From the NCBI GenBank assembly GCA_045633625.1, contig JAZQYP010000025.1:19313-83312 (forward strand): a DNA stretch of 64,000 bases. The letters are read 5' to 3'. Position 1 is the stretch's first letter. Each line of letters starts with the position of its first letter. Origin of the DNA: Eubacteriales bacterium (GTDB taxonomy: Bacteria; Bacillota; Clostridia; Oscillospirales; CAG-272). The position numbers were made by a program, and so were the translations under genes. A model generated the notes under the pieces. The model did not search any database, was not told where the DNA came from, and saw nothing but the letters and a program-made list of their open reading frames with translations. Below, piece by piece: positions 1 to 8,600 of the stretch.

Positions 1-786
1 GTCGTGTCCGCTGCCTTTGCATACGACGGTTGGATAATTGCAACGTCAATTAACGCAGAGCTTCACAACCCCAAGAAAAATCTTCCCATTGCACTCACTG
101 TCGGCGCACTTATAGTAGCCGCTATCTATATTTTCTACTTCATCGCGGTTGTCGGCGTTACGTCGGTCGACGTTATTATCGAAAAGGGCTCTAACGCAGC
201 CTTCACAACGCTCTTCGGCAACGTGGCGGGAACGATACTCAACGTGTTTATTGCCGTTGCCTGCCTTGGCACTCTCAACGGTGTCTCCATTGCAAATTCA
301 CGCGGACTTTACGCTATCGCAGTTCGCGGCAGAGGACCTGCGCCCGACGTGCTTTCAACCATTGATGCAAAGTCAAATATGCCTACGAATTCAGGCCTTG
401 TCGGACTTCTCCTTGCGGGATTCTGGTATTTCTATTTCTATGCGGCAAACCTTGACAGCGTTATGGGTATCTTCAGCTTCGACTCGTCCGAGCTTCCCAT
501 AATCACCCTTTATGCTATGTACATTCCGATATTCGCTATGTTTATGGTAAAGGACGGCAAAAAGAGCTTTGTGCGCAACACACTCGTTCCGATAATTGCA
601 ATTCTCGCATCTGCCTTTATGGCATTCTCTGCATTCTACGCACACGGAATCAAGCCCTTCCTTACGGCACAGGCAGAAGGAAAATTCTCCTGCCCCGCTC
701 TTATCTATCTTGCAGTTTTCGCGGTAGATATCGTAATAGGACTTCTCTTTTATAAGAAAACTCAAAAAACCGAGCTCGAAATATAA
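1..786 (+). CDS. Amino acid permease (APC-type), C-terminal part; gene continues upstream of the window
   Basis: The ORF is open to the window edge. It encodes a polytopic hydrophobic protein (FAYDGWIIATSINAEL, NLPIALTVGALIVAAIYIFYF) and is followed by a hairpin terminator. Confidence 0.65.
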   Translation, partial: VVSAAFAYDGWIIATSINAELHNPKKNLPIALTVGALIVAAIYIFYFIAVVGVTSVDVIIEKGSNAAFTTLFGNVAGTILNVFIAVACLGTLNGVSIANSRGLYAIAVRGRGPAPDVLSTIDAKSNMPTNSGLVGLLLAGFWYFYFYAANLDSVMGIFSFDSSELPIITLYAMYIPIFAMFMVKDGKKSFVRNTLVPIIAILASAFMAFSAFYAHGIKPFLTAQAEGKFSCPALIYLAVFAVDIVIGLLFYKKTQKTELEI

Positions 787-806
787 ACGGACTTGATATA
801 AAAAAA

Positions 807-830
807 GCATCTGCGGCATGCCGCAGATGC
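807..830. terminator. Bidirectional intrinsic terminator between convergent genes
   Basis: Perfect palindrome gcatctgcggca/tgccgcagatgc, with an A-run just upstream and a T-run (831-836) downstream. Confidence 0.75.
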
Positions 831-854
831 TTTTTTGTTTCAAATTTTGATGTA

Positions 855-1220
855 TCAATCAACAATAACAGACTCGTTAATACCATCGTCGCCGACGAGT
901 GTCATACTGAATATCTTATGGAAGGACGCGGGATAGGTCTCCTGAATCATACCGTCATGCTCGATTATTATAATATCCCCCTTCTTCACACGCGATTCAA
1001 AGTAATTCGGCACGTAGAAGCGGTCGGATGAGCGAGCCTCAGGCGCGTCAGCATTTGCAGGCTCGACAAGGAGTGATTTCCCCTCAACCTTTACCACGCG
1101 GGCAGCAAATCCCTCACCGTCATATTCGAATACTGTCTCCTCGCGAAGAGCGCACGACACACAGCCACATACCATCACCGTAACAAAAACTAAAGACAAA
1201 ACTATTCTCAAAATCTTCAT
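855..1220 (-). CDS. Small secreted/anchored protein, DUF3221(YobA)-like
   Basis: N-terminal hydrophobic signal/anchor (LSLVFVTVMVCGCVSC). The C-terminal KKGDIIIIEHDGMIQETYPA segment resembles DUF3221 proteins (recalled, not searched). Confidence 0.45.
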   Translation of the reverse strand: MKILRIVLSLVFVTVMVCGCVSCALREETVFEYDGEGFAARVVKVEGKSLLVEPANADAPEARSSDRFYVPNYFESRVKKGDIIIIEHDGMIQETYPASFHKIFSMTLVGDDGINESVIVD

Positions 1221-1266
1221 AGCTTTTCACCTCCGATTTATATGTCGTAAGATCGTCAAAAAAGTT

Positions 1267-2025
1267 TCAAAATAATGCAAAAATTACACTTAAAATCCAC
1301 AAAACAAGCATATGTGCGGGATAAAAGGCATAGCAGAAATACTTAAACGTCTGCGATGAATGTCCCTTTCTGCCGCGATAGAGCCATATTGGGATAAGAG
1401 AAAGAAGGGCAAGTCCCTGATAGCCGAGGAAAAAGGTGTGTCCAAAGAGCGTCACGTCAGCGCCAAGTCCGCCAAGGATCTGCGTATTGAGGAACCAAAG
1501 TGCCGCAATCTGACCGATGAGGCACCACCATTTTCTCTTTCGCAGAAAATAGAAGGCAAGCACCGTAACAACGCCCACGCCATAGTAGTCAAGAAACAAA
1601 ACGTATCCCGCAACAAAGCCGAGAAGTGTGGTTCCCGCTCCTATGAGAATACGAACCCACAAACGTCTTCCCTTTTGTCTTGCGCGCTCGTTAAGGTGAA
1701 TGAGCACAAGACCGAGAAGGAGCGTCCACAGCACGTTCTGGTGCAAGGGATAGAAAATACCTCCACCCGTCATAAGATTGAAGGGTATCTCGGATATAAG
1801 CGCAAAGAAAAGCATTCTCAGCGCATATTTCTTCACGCTTCGGGTACGAAAATACCCCTCTGCGATAAGAAAAGCAAAGATAGGAAACGTGAGTCTGCCT
1901 ATCGCCGTCAGCCACTGATGGTCCCCGGGTATGACGGTTGCCCACAAGTGATCGCACAGCATAAATATCATAGCGAGAATATGAAGCCCCGCCGAGCTTA
2001 TGTCAAAACGCCTCTTTTCTTCCAT
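1267..2025 (-). CDS. TraX family membrane protein
   Basis: Polytopic membrane protein. The N-terminal LHILAMIFMLCDHLWATV matches the TraX-family hydrophobic-DH signature. Confidence 0.65.
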   Translation of the reverse strand: MEEKRRFDISSAGLHILAMIFMLCDHLWATVIPGDHQWLTAIGRLTFPIFAFLIAEGYFRTRSVKKYALRMLFFALISEIPFNLMTGGGIFYPLHQNVLWTLLLGLVLIHLNERARQKGRRLWVRILIGAGTTLLGFVAGYVLFLDYYGVGVVTVLAFYFLRKRKWWCLIGQIAALWFLNTQILGGLGADVTLFGHTFFLGYQGLALLSLIPIWLYRGRKGHSSQTFKYFCYAFYPAHMLVLWILSVIFALF

Positions 2026-2136
2026 AGTTATTCATCCCCTCCTATACAAAGATGCACCGTCATATTAGCTTGCACTGTAAAACGGTCTTTCGTAAAATCA
2101 TTGCCTTTTATCTTTTGAGCTCACCCCGAAAGCACC

Positions 2137-3009
2137 TTATCGCTTTTTTAGTGGGATCTCGTTGAGAAGCGTAAAGCCGAGTATCAAAGCGCCGCCTATG
2201 ACCTGCATAAGCGTCATAGACTCGTCAAGCACCGTCACCGAAACGATCACCGCGACAAGCGGGTCGGCATAGCAAAGTATCGCCGCCTTCTGCCCGGGAA
2301 GCTCCTTGAGCGTGGGAAGATACATACAGTAGGTTATTCCCGTGTGAATCACACCAACAATCATAAGATTCACCCAGCCCACACCGTTCATATTTGAAAG
2401 GGTCACTCCGCTTGTCAGGAGAACGTACGGCACAAGAACAACGATGGCGGCAAGGAATTGAAAAAACGTGCGATGTATGCCCTCGACGTTTTTGATGAAC
2501 TTATTGAGCAGCACAACGGTGGCGTAGAACAAAGCCGCACCAAGACCGAAGAGTATGCCGACAAGGTCGCTTCCACCACCCACGTCTCCTATTCCCGTGA
2601 TCAAGATAAGACCGATCGTTGACATTGAGAAGCAAACTATTTGCTTTGCCGTCAGCCTTTCACGAAACAAGATGGGAGAGACAACGGTGACGATAACAGG
2701 GGCAAAATAATAACTGAGCGTAGCAACAGATACTGTGGTGTACTTGTAGGCTTCAAACAGAAGCACCCAGTTTATTCCCATCGCCATACCCGAGGCAAGG
2801 AGCAACACTATCTCCTTTTTGATATTCGCAAAACGTATCTTTTGCTTGGTCAGCACCAAAACGCCCGCTATTAAAATCGACGCAAGTATGGCGCGATAAA
2901 GCGCGATCTCCCCCGAGGAGAGCGGAATATTTCGCACGAAAATGCCGATCGTGCCGAATATCGTCATTGCGCCAATCAACCTAAAACGCGGATTCTTAAA
3001 TATTTTCAT
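2137..3009 (-). CDS. EamA/DMT family transporter
   Basis: 290 aa, about 10 predicted TM helices in two EamA-like halves, with typical DMT composition. Confidence 0.7.
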   Translation of the reverse strand: MKIFKNPRFRLIGAMTIFGTIGIFVRNIPLSSGEIALYRAILASILIAGVLVLTKQKIRFANIKKEIVLLLASGMAMGINWVLLFEAYKYTTVSVATLSYYFAPVIVTVVSPILFRERLTAKQIVCFSMSTIGLILITGIGDVGGGSDLVGILFGLGAALFYATVVLLNKFIKNVEGIHRTFFQFLAAIVVLVPYVLLTSGVTLSNMNGVGWVNLMIVGVIHTGITYCMYLPTLKELPGQKAAILCYADPLVAVIVSVTVLDESMTLMQVIGGALILGFTLLNEIPLKKR

Positions 3010-3119
3010 AAGACATCTCTCTGTATTCGATCATAATTTGTATCTATTGAGGAAATTATATCACTTTTGCAAACGGTAGTCAACAACAAGAATAATTTTT
3101 ACCTTTATAAATAAAAAGC

Positions 3120-3146
3120 CCGAAGCTCCTTTTATCGAAGCTTCGG
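3120..3146. terminator. Hairpin terminator downstream of the ankyrin gene (usable on both strands)
   Basis: ccgaagct (3120-3127) pairs with agcttcgg (3139-3146). An A-run lies upstream and a T-run downstream. Confidence 0.55.
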
Positions 3147-3283
3147 ACGTTTTTATTATTCCCACTCGAAAGTTGTCTTTTATATGGACTCTCTTAAACG
3201 TGTTTTGTAGTGGTTTGTTAGCTATATTCTACCCCTTCGACCGCCAAAGTGTTGTCAAAAGTGTTGTCACGAAAGAAGGTGAT

Positions 3284-3736
3284 TTATGTATCATAAGCTT
3301 CTAATAACTTGATGAATTCAAATCTATAATCCGACTGCATACCCTCATCTTCACCCCAGTTTGATAGTGCCCATTGAAGCAAATCCTCACCTTCAACTTT
3401 GATATGCGGATTTGCACCATTCTCTAAAAGCAGCATAACGATAGATAATCTGATTTTATCTTCCTCGATATCATCTGATGAATATTGCAAATCCCACAAA
3501 GCATTTTCTTCATGGAGCTTTTTTCCGTAAACCAAGTTGGGATTTGCTCCGCTTGCTAATAAAAGCTCAGCCATATCATAGTTTGCTTCTTCTGTGGCAC
3601 GAGTTAATAGTGTTGTGTCCAAGGCAAAACGCGAAGATTTGAACACTTGATTGACGTCAATTTGACAGATTATTTGCTTGGCTTTTACTTTGTCAAAATC
3701 TTTTTGCAAACACATTTTTTCAAGCTCGTATATCAT
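3284..3736 (-). CDS. Ankyrin-repeat protein
   Basis: Two clear ANK motifs (MAELLLASGANPNL, VMLLLENGANPHI). The start at MIYELEK is preceded by GGAGGAcact. Confidence 0.6.
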   Translation of the reverse strand: MIYELEKMCLQKDFDKVKAKQIICQIDVNQVFKSSRFALDTTLLTRATEEANYDMAELLLASGANPNLVYGKKLHEENALWDLQYSSDDIEEDKIRLSIVMLLLENGANPHIKVEGEDLLQWALSNWGEDEGMQSDYRFEFIKLLEAYDT

Positions 3737-3763
3737 AGTGTCCTCCTTCCTTGGCAAAATTGC

Positions 3764-3792
3764 ATTTTAAGCTGTTGTCAAATTGTTGTCAC
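3764..3792 (-). promoter_or_regulatory. Candidate sigma-A promoter for the ankyrin gene
   Basis: On the minus strand GTGACA - 17 nt - TAAAAT, about 28 nt upstream of the start codon. It overlaps a tandem tgttgtca motif. Confidence 0.4.
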
Positions 3793-3858
3793 ACAAAATT
3801 GCCAAATTTGCAAAAAGTGGCTTGGAATAAGGCTTACAAACCACTTAACCTTATTGGA

Positions 3859-4209
3859 TTATTTGCTTTTCAGCGTAGTTACCGTTGAAACAAGCATTCT
3901 ACGAAGTTCAATACATTTACCTTGAAATTCTTTGAATTCTGCTTCTGCGAGTAAATTAGTATCATAAAGTAATTCAAGCCAATATTCGCTTTCGTTACAT
4001 TCCTTGAGGGCAATTTCAAACTTGGAAATGAAATCTTTTGTTCCTTGAGCGTACTGTGCTTCGTGAATGTTTGCTCCAACCGAAGTTCCGCAACGGAGTA
4101 GTTGGTTTGTCAAAGCGGATTCCACTCCGTCTTGTTTAAGTTTTCGACAAAGAAAAACAATATCTTTCGCAAATTCCTTTGATTTTGTTCTTAATACACT
4201 ATCTGCCAT
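3859..4209 (-). CDS. Four-helix-bundle protein (the family annotated as 23S rRNA intervening-sequence protein)
   Basis: About 116 aa and all-helical. GTSVGANIHEAQ and KECNESEYWLELL are the motifs I associate with this family. The start at MADSVL is preceded by AGAGGAaattgat. Confidence 0.6.
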   Translation of the reverse strand: MADSVLRTKSKEFAKDIVFLCRKLKQDGVESALTNQLLRCGTSVGANIHEAQYAQGTKDFISKFEIALKECNESEYWLELLYDTNLLAEAEFKEFQGKCIELRRMLVSTVTTLKSK

Positions 4210-4232
4210 ATCAATTTCCTCTAAATTCAAAC

Positions 4233-4400
4233 TTGGCGAAGCCAATCATAACTTGCCGTAGGCAATCATAACTGATAACTCGTTTCGCAAAGGAGCAACG
4301 AGAAGTTATGAGTTTAGAGTTATGAATTTGGCTTCGCCAAATGTTATGATATGACCGTTTCTGCGAAACGATCATAGTTGATTTTCGCTACGCGAAAATC
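4233..4400. repeat. Cluster of short triloop hairpins nested in a roughly 108-nt imperfect palindrome
   Basis: Tandem 20-mers ttggcgaagccaatcataac and ttgccgtaggcaatcataac differ by compensatory stem changes. An inverted partner gttatgaatttggcttcgccaa sits at 4319-4340. Extra hairpins are cgtttc-tgc-gaaacg and gattttcgc-tac-gcgaaaatc. Confidence 0.55.
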
Positions 4401-4672
4401 ATTCCCACTCTATTTTAGGACTTGTTCCTTAAATAGTAAGTGGTGCCTTTCGTCTAAATTATGTCAGAAATCTCTCACCTCTCAAGCTGTTTTTGTTATA
4501 TGAAAAACTGCTGTGTACTTTTTATGTACTTCAAAATCAGGTATCTCACATATCTCAATTTGATGATGATGCCGAAAAAATCTCACAAATTAGTTTCGGA
4601 GGTGGTCAATCAAGACATTTAATTATATCACACTTTTTCAAAAAAATCAACTACTTTACAAAAAATTCCTGT

Positions 4673-4710
4673 GGTGCAGAATTTCATTTCGAAGTTCTGC
4701 ACCTTTTTTA
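4673..4710 (+). terminator. Intrinsic terminator immediately upstream of the RBS of the 4726 gene
   Basis: ggtgcagaa (4673-4681) pairs with ttctgcacc (4695-4703), followed by TTTTTT. Confidence 0.6.
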
Positions 4711-4725
4711 TTTGGAGGAAAAGCA

Positions 4726-5817
4726 ATGTCAGAATACCAATTAGAAATAAAGCAAATTGTGGACTATCCGCGCTGCCGAATTTATCGGCAGTTCGTTCAG
4801 TCCCTAATAGCAGATAGAAATATCCGTACAAACGGTGGCTCGGGTCTTTTCTTTTACACCGTGTTGTCGAGCTATGCTAATTTCCGCACATCGTATAAAC
4901 GGATCGGCGGCATAAACTACACAGTCTACCCCGGTGAGTGGCTCTGTGAACTAAAAGAGCTGACCGAGTGGTTTCACTTTCGCTTTGGGAGACAAGCCAT
5001 TTCAGTATTGAACGACTTACAGGGGCGCCATCTTATTACTTACGAGCTTATTGGAAACGGTAGGCTTATTAAATATAAAATTGTAGGATGGCATAAACAC
5101 AACCGCGTACTTGAATATAATGCTCCCTGCCAAAAGGATACGGGATTTTTCTTTCTCCCTATCTGTATAGCAAATGAAATTATAGGAACAAGGCGGCCGT
5201 CAGAAATGGATATTCTTTTGGACCTATGGTTGAACACCGTATATAACGATGAGCAAGTACAGGGATCAGACGTGGCTCCAGTTGTATATATAAGAAACGG
5301 AAGCGGAAATCCTCTCATAAGCTATGCGGAGCTTGCTCAGAGATACAACGTCTCGAAGGCAACCATAGGTCGTTATCTTAAAAAGTTTGAGGAGCTTGAA
5401 TTGATTTCAATCAGTTCATTCCCCGGCACTCACGGAACGGTGATTTCTTTACGTAATTACCTTTCCACGATGTTTCAAATATCCGACGTTATGCTTGATA
5501 AGGAGGAGATTGCAATGGCGTTACACATAACTATCAATTTGCCCGAAAGCGTTGCAAACGACGCATCTACCGTTTCAGAATTACGCAAGGAAGTGATCAT
5601 GCAGAAAGTCGAGAAAATCCTTATGTCACAAGGGTTTTCGTGCTTTGACTGCTCGAATTTCCGATATAAGTTATTAGAGTTATCCGATTGCCAAGGAACG
5701 GTATTAACGGAGAGATCTGATACACATAAGAGACGGTTGAGATACAGTCTGAAATTACTCTGCGGTGAGCAGAAAGAAATAGCGCAATTTGAACTTATAC
5801 TTACACCTGCCAATTGA
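4726..5817 (+). CDS. Hypothetical protein with an HTH segment (possible replication/regulatory protein)
   Basis: RBS GGAGGaaaagca-ATG. HTH-like ISYAELAQRYNVSKATIGRYLKKFEEL. No family recognised. Confidence 0.4.
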   Translation: MSEYQLEIKQIVDYPRCRIYRQFVQSLIADRNIRTNGGSGLFFYTVLSSYANFRTSYKRIGGINYTVYPGEWLCELKELTEWFHFRFGRQAISVLNDLQGRHLITYELIGNGRLIKYKIVGWHKHNRVLEYNAPCQKDTGFFFLPICIANEIIGTRRPSEMDILLDLWLNTVYNDEQVQGSDVAPVVYIRNGSGNPLISYAELAQRYNVSKATIGRYLKKFEELELISISSFPGTHGTVISLRNYLSTMFQISDVMLDKEEIAMALHITINLPESVANDASTVSELRKEVIMQKVEKILMSQGFSCFDCSNFRYKLLELSDCQGTVLTERSDTHKRRLRYSLKLLCGEQKEIAQFELILTPAN

Positions 5818-5831
5818 AAGGAGATCAAAAA

Positions 5832-6356
5832 ATGAAAACGAAAAAAGAACTTGACGTATCCGAAAACCCGTTGTACCACGACACCTGGACATTGCTCCGT
5901 AAATACCGTGATGTCGTATGGAGTCTTGAATTGTCTGTCCAAAGAGTTCGCAGACAGTTTCAAGTGGAATATGGAAGCAGCATTGAAGATTTTTTGGAGT
6001 CCATATATATTGCCGGTGTGGATTTCAATGACACGGGCATCGAAGAACAGGCAAAGTGCATCGAGCGAAGCCACAAGATGCTGAAGCTCGTAGATGCTTC
6101 TGTCAATCTTCTTCGTGAAAAGCACAAAAACGGCGAGGATTACTATTGGATCCTATTTTACAGCTTCCTCTCTCCCCAACAGAGCAAGACAGCAGAGGCA
6201 ATCGTCGAACTCCTTCAACCGCATATTCCCGAGATCAGCTATCGGACCTACTATCGCAAACGTAAGGAAGCCATCGATGCTCTTTCATCGGTCCTGTGGG
6301 GCTACACTTCCAAGGACAGCTTAGCAATTTTGGAGCAGTTTTTTCCAAAAAAATGA
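5832..6356 (+). CDS. Hypothetical protein, possible small transcription regulator (sigma/ArpU-like tail)
   Basis: RBS AAAGGAGatcaaaaa-ATG. The C-terminal YRTYYRKRKEAIDALSSVLWGY resembles sigma region-4-like regulators of mobile elements (weak). Confidence 0.3.
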   Translation: MKTKKELDVSENPLYHDTWTLLRKYRDVVWSLELSVQRVRRQFQVEYGSSIEDFLESIYIAGVDFNDTGIEEQAKCIERSHKMLKLVDASVNLLREKHKNGEDYYWILFYSFLSPQQSKTAEAIVELLQPHIPEISYRTYYRKRKEAIDALSSVLWGYTSKDSLAILEQFFPKK

Positions 6357-6406
6357 CGTCGCACGAAATTGGCAGAGAATCGCACTGTATTGTCACAGTT
6401 TTGCTA

Positions 6407-6435
6407 TTGCAACGTAAAAGCGGATGTGGTATAAT
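6407..6435 (+). promoter_or_regulatory. Sigma-A type promoter upstream of the T4SS/Tad block
   Basis: TTGCAA - 17 nt - TATAAT with an extended TGg. Confidence 0.6.
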
Positions 6436-6475
6436 TAGTATGCTCAAAACTATATCAAGCGCCACTTGGCGACAC

Positions 6476-6507
6476 AAACACCATTTTGTCCGATGGTGTT
6501 TTTTTGT
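6476..6507 (+). terminator. Leader terminator/attenuator between the promoter and the first T4SS gene
   Basis: aaacaccat / atggtgttt stem with an 8-nt loop, followed by a T-run. It lies about 65 nt downstream of the predicted TSS and before the RBS at 6533. Confidence 0.55.
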
Positions 6508-6545
6508 TGCTCAAAATCAAGAAATACAAACAAGGAGGTATTTAT

Positions 6546-6932
6546 TTGAAAAAGGAAATCACACCACAGACTCCCAAAAAGCCAAGGCTGCATATTGAAT
6601 GGGGCAAATTCCTTTATATGGGCTTTCTGTGTGCTATTATGCTGGTAGCGATGAGCATACCCGCATTTGCAGCGACACCGACTATTTGGGAAAAAGCTAC
6701 TGAAATTATGAAGGATGTATATAATCAAGTCCTTCTTATTTCAACGATTGCTGCGGTTGTAACCGCTGCTGTGGCTCTGCTTTTAATGAACTTTTCAAAA
6801 AGCGGAAAAACAGTAGATGAGTCAAGAGCGTGGCTCAAACGTATCATCATTACTTGGGCGATCCTGAACAGCCTTGGCTTCATTATGGCATATGTCACAC
6901 CCTTCTTCACGGATGGTAAGTGGAACGGATAG
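6546..6932 (+). CDS. VirB2/TrbC-like (Maff2-like) small T4SS membrane protein
   Basis: AAGGAGGtatttat-TTG start. Long signal peptide ending SIPAFA/ATPT, then two hydrophobic helices, as in VirB2-type subunits of Firmicutes elements. Confidence 0.5.
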   Translation: MKKEITPQTPKKPRLHIEWGKFLYMGFLCAIMLVAMSIPAFAATPTIWEKATEIMKDVYNQVLLISTIAAVVTAAVALLLMNFSKSGKTVDESRAWLKRIIITWAILNSLGFIMAYVTPFFTDGKWNG

Positions 6933-7009
6933 CCGTTTTCTAAAATCAGAAAGGATGTGATGATATCGGTATATTAGATGGTATTGTTGAATGGGTAGCC
7001 GAACAGGTT

Positions 7010-7675
7010 ATGCACGGACTGGATCTAATCAGTTCATCGGTTTTGGGCGCGCTTGGCTGTAATATGGATACCTTTTTGCGATACTTTCCCGCTGCCGACA
7101 CCATGTATAAGGTGTTCGTTGCTCTTGCAATCGGACTTATCCTTTTGAATTGGGTTTGGCAGTTGTTCAAAAACTTTGGATTGGGTATAGGCATTGAAGC
7201 AGAAGACCCCGTGAAGCTCAGTATTCGCTCTATTCTCTTCATTCTCCTTGCCTATTATGCACGGGATATTGTAAACATAGTTCTTGACATTGGCGGAACC
7301 CCTTATCATTGGATATTAAATTCCGAGTTACCTCCGCTGAATTTTGCAAACTTTAATTCAGTATTCCTTACCATTTTGGGTGTTTGTGCAAGCGGCGCCG
7401 TGTCCATCATAGCCCTCATACTTGTACTTATCCTTGCATGGAACTATATCAAGCTCCTTTTCGAAGCGGCTGAAAGATATGTTCTGCTTGGTGTTCTGGT
7501 CTTTACCGCTCCCGTTGCTTTCTCAATGGGCGCATCTCAAACAACAAGCAACATCTTCAAGAGTTGGTGCCGAATGTTTGGCGGTCAGATCTTCCTTCTT
7601 TTGATGAATGCTTGGTGCTTAAGACTCTTTACATCAATGGTAGGTGCCTTCCTCTCCAATCCCTTATCGCTGTAA
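7010..7675 (+). CDS. VirB6/TrbL-like polytopic T4SS channel protein (true start may lie upstream at a non-canonical codon, 6965/6971)
   Basis: Five or six TM helices. ERYVLLGVLVFTAPVAFSMG resembles TrbL/VirB6-like proteins of Gram-positive elements. The frame is open from 6944. Confidence 0.55.
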   Translation: MHGLDLISSSVLGALGCNMDTFLRYFPAADTMYKVFVALAIGLILLNWVWQLFKNFGLGIGIEAEDPVKLSIRSILFILLAYYARDIVNIVLDIGGTPYHWILNSELPPLNFANFNSVFLTILGVCASGAVSIIALILVLILAWNYIKLLFEAAERYVLLGVLVFTAPVAFSMGASQTTSNIFKSWCRMFGGQIFLLLMNAWCLRLFTSMVGAFLSNPLSL

Positions 7676-7685
7676 AGGAGGCAGT

Positions 7686-8600
7686 ATGAAAAAAAGAAAT
7701 AAAATACTATTTGTGATAGCCGTCACGCTGATTATGGTCTCCATTTGCAGTGTGCCGGCTTTTGCTTTGACCGAGGAAGAGGTCGAAGCGGCAGTTAACG
7801 CTCAAGGCAGAGATGCCGTTACGGGAAATATTTTCGTTTGGTTTCTTTGTGCTATTGCCTTCTTAAAGGTAAGCCAGAAGATAGACAGCTTTCTCGCGGG
7901 ACTCGGCATCAACGTAGGACACACGGGCGGTTCAATGATGGCAGAAGCTCTCATTGCTACAAGAGGTGCTTTTATGGCAAAGCAGTTTGCAGGCAGAGCC
8001 GGTGGCACAGGAGGAAAAGGCGCGTCCTCCGGTGGCGGTGGTGGCTTTATGAAAGGCGGTCTTGCAGGTGTTGTTAGCCGTAACTTTTCTAACAATGCCG
8101 TTAAGAAGGCTACGGGCAACGGTGGGGGCGGTCTTGGCGGAAAAGCCTTTACTTCCTCGGTCAGCAAAGGCGGCAGCTTTGCCAATAGCGTTATCGGTCG
8201 AGTAGCAACAGGAAACATTTCCTCAATGGGAACGATTTCAGGAGCAGGTTCAAGTGAGGCTTTAATGTCCTATCTTGGATATACGGCTCTCGGTGAGGAC
8301 GCAGAGGACGTTCCTTCCTACTCTAATGTAGAAATCGGAGGAGGCAGAATTATGGCGACCGAAACATCTGCCGACAATCCCGGTGGAATTGATGTGGGTA
8401 TGTATAATACCGAGCAATATATGGCTCCTTCCGGTGAGCATACAACGATTACGGCTGCCGATGGAACAAGCTGGTATAAGCAATACGCTCAGGATTCCGT
8501 AGAAAGAACTCCGTACAAAGCTCCCAACGGTGCCATTGGGTATCACGAAAACATTGTGAAGAAACTGCCTGATCCTCCTCGAAGAAAGGATAAGGTCTGA
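7686..8600 (+). CDS. Secreted glycine-rich protein, conjugation-associated, unknown function
   Basis: AAAGGAGGcagt-ATG. Signal peptide MKKRNKILFVIAVTLIMVSICSVPAFA, Gly-rich centre (GGTGGKGASSGGGGGF). Confidence 0.4.
   Translation: MKKRNKILFVIAVTLIMVSICSVPAFALTEEEVEAAVNAQGRDAVTGNIFVWFLCAIAFLKVSQKIDSFLAGLGINVGHTGGSMMAEALIATRGAFMAKQFAGRAGGTGGKGASSGGGGGFMKGGLAGVVSRNFSNNAVKKATGNGGGGLGGKAFTSSVSKGGSFANSVIGRVATGNISSMGTISGAGSSEALMSYLGYTALGEDAEDVPSYSNVEIGGGRIMATETSADNPGGIDVGMYNTEQYMAPSGEHTTITAADGTSWYKQYAQDSVERTPYKAPNGAIGYHENIVKKLPDPPRRKDKV

Noticed and set aside
1267-2025. TraX-family gene considered as part of the conjugative element.
   Set aside because: It lies about 2.7 kb outside the co-directional element, on the opposite strand, among transporter-type genes. 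TraX-like proteins are common chromosomal genes in Clostridia. A link is not excluded, only unsupported.
3859-4209. Four-helix-bundle protein considered as an Avd-like accessory gene of a diversity-generating retroelement.
   Set aside because: No reverse transcriptase ORF and no template/variable repeat pair are visible anywhere in the window.
3161-4410. 10-bp direct repeat attcccactc at about 3161 and 4401, considered as possible target-site duplications around the ankyrin and four-helix-bundle genes.
   Set aside because: A single 10-mer match is expected many times by chance in 64 kb. No accompanying terminal inverted repeats or transposase are present.
7802-8218. Proline-rich 138-aa minus-strand ORF.
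   Set aside because: It is the mirror image of the Gly-rich (GGN codon) stretch of the + strand secreted protein 7686-8600, so it is a compositional artefact.
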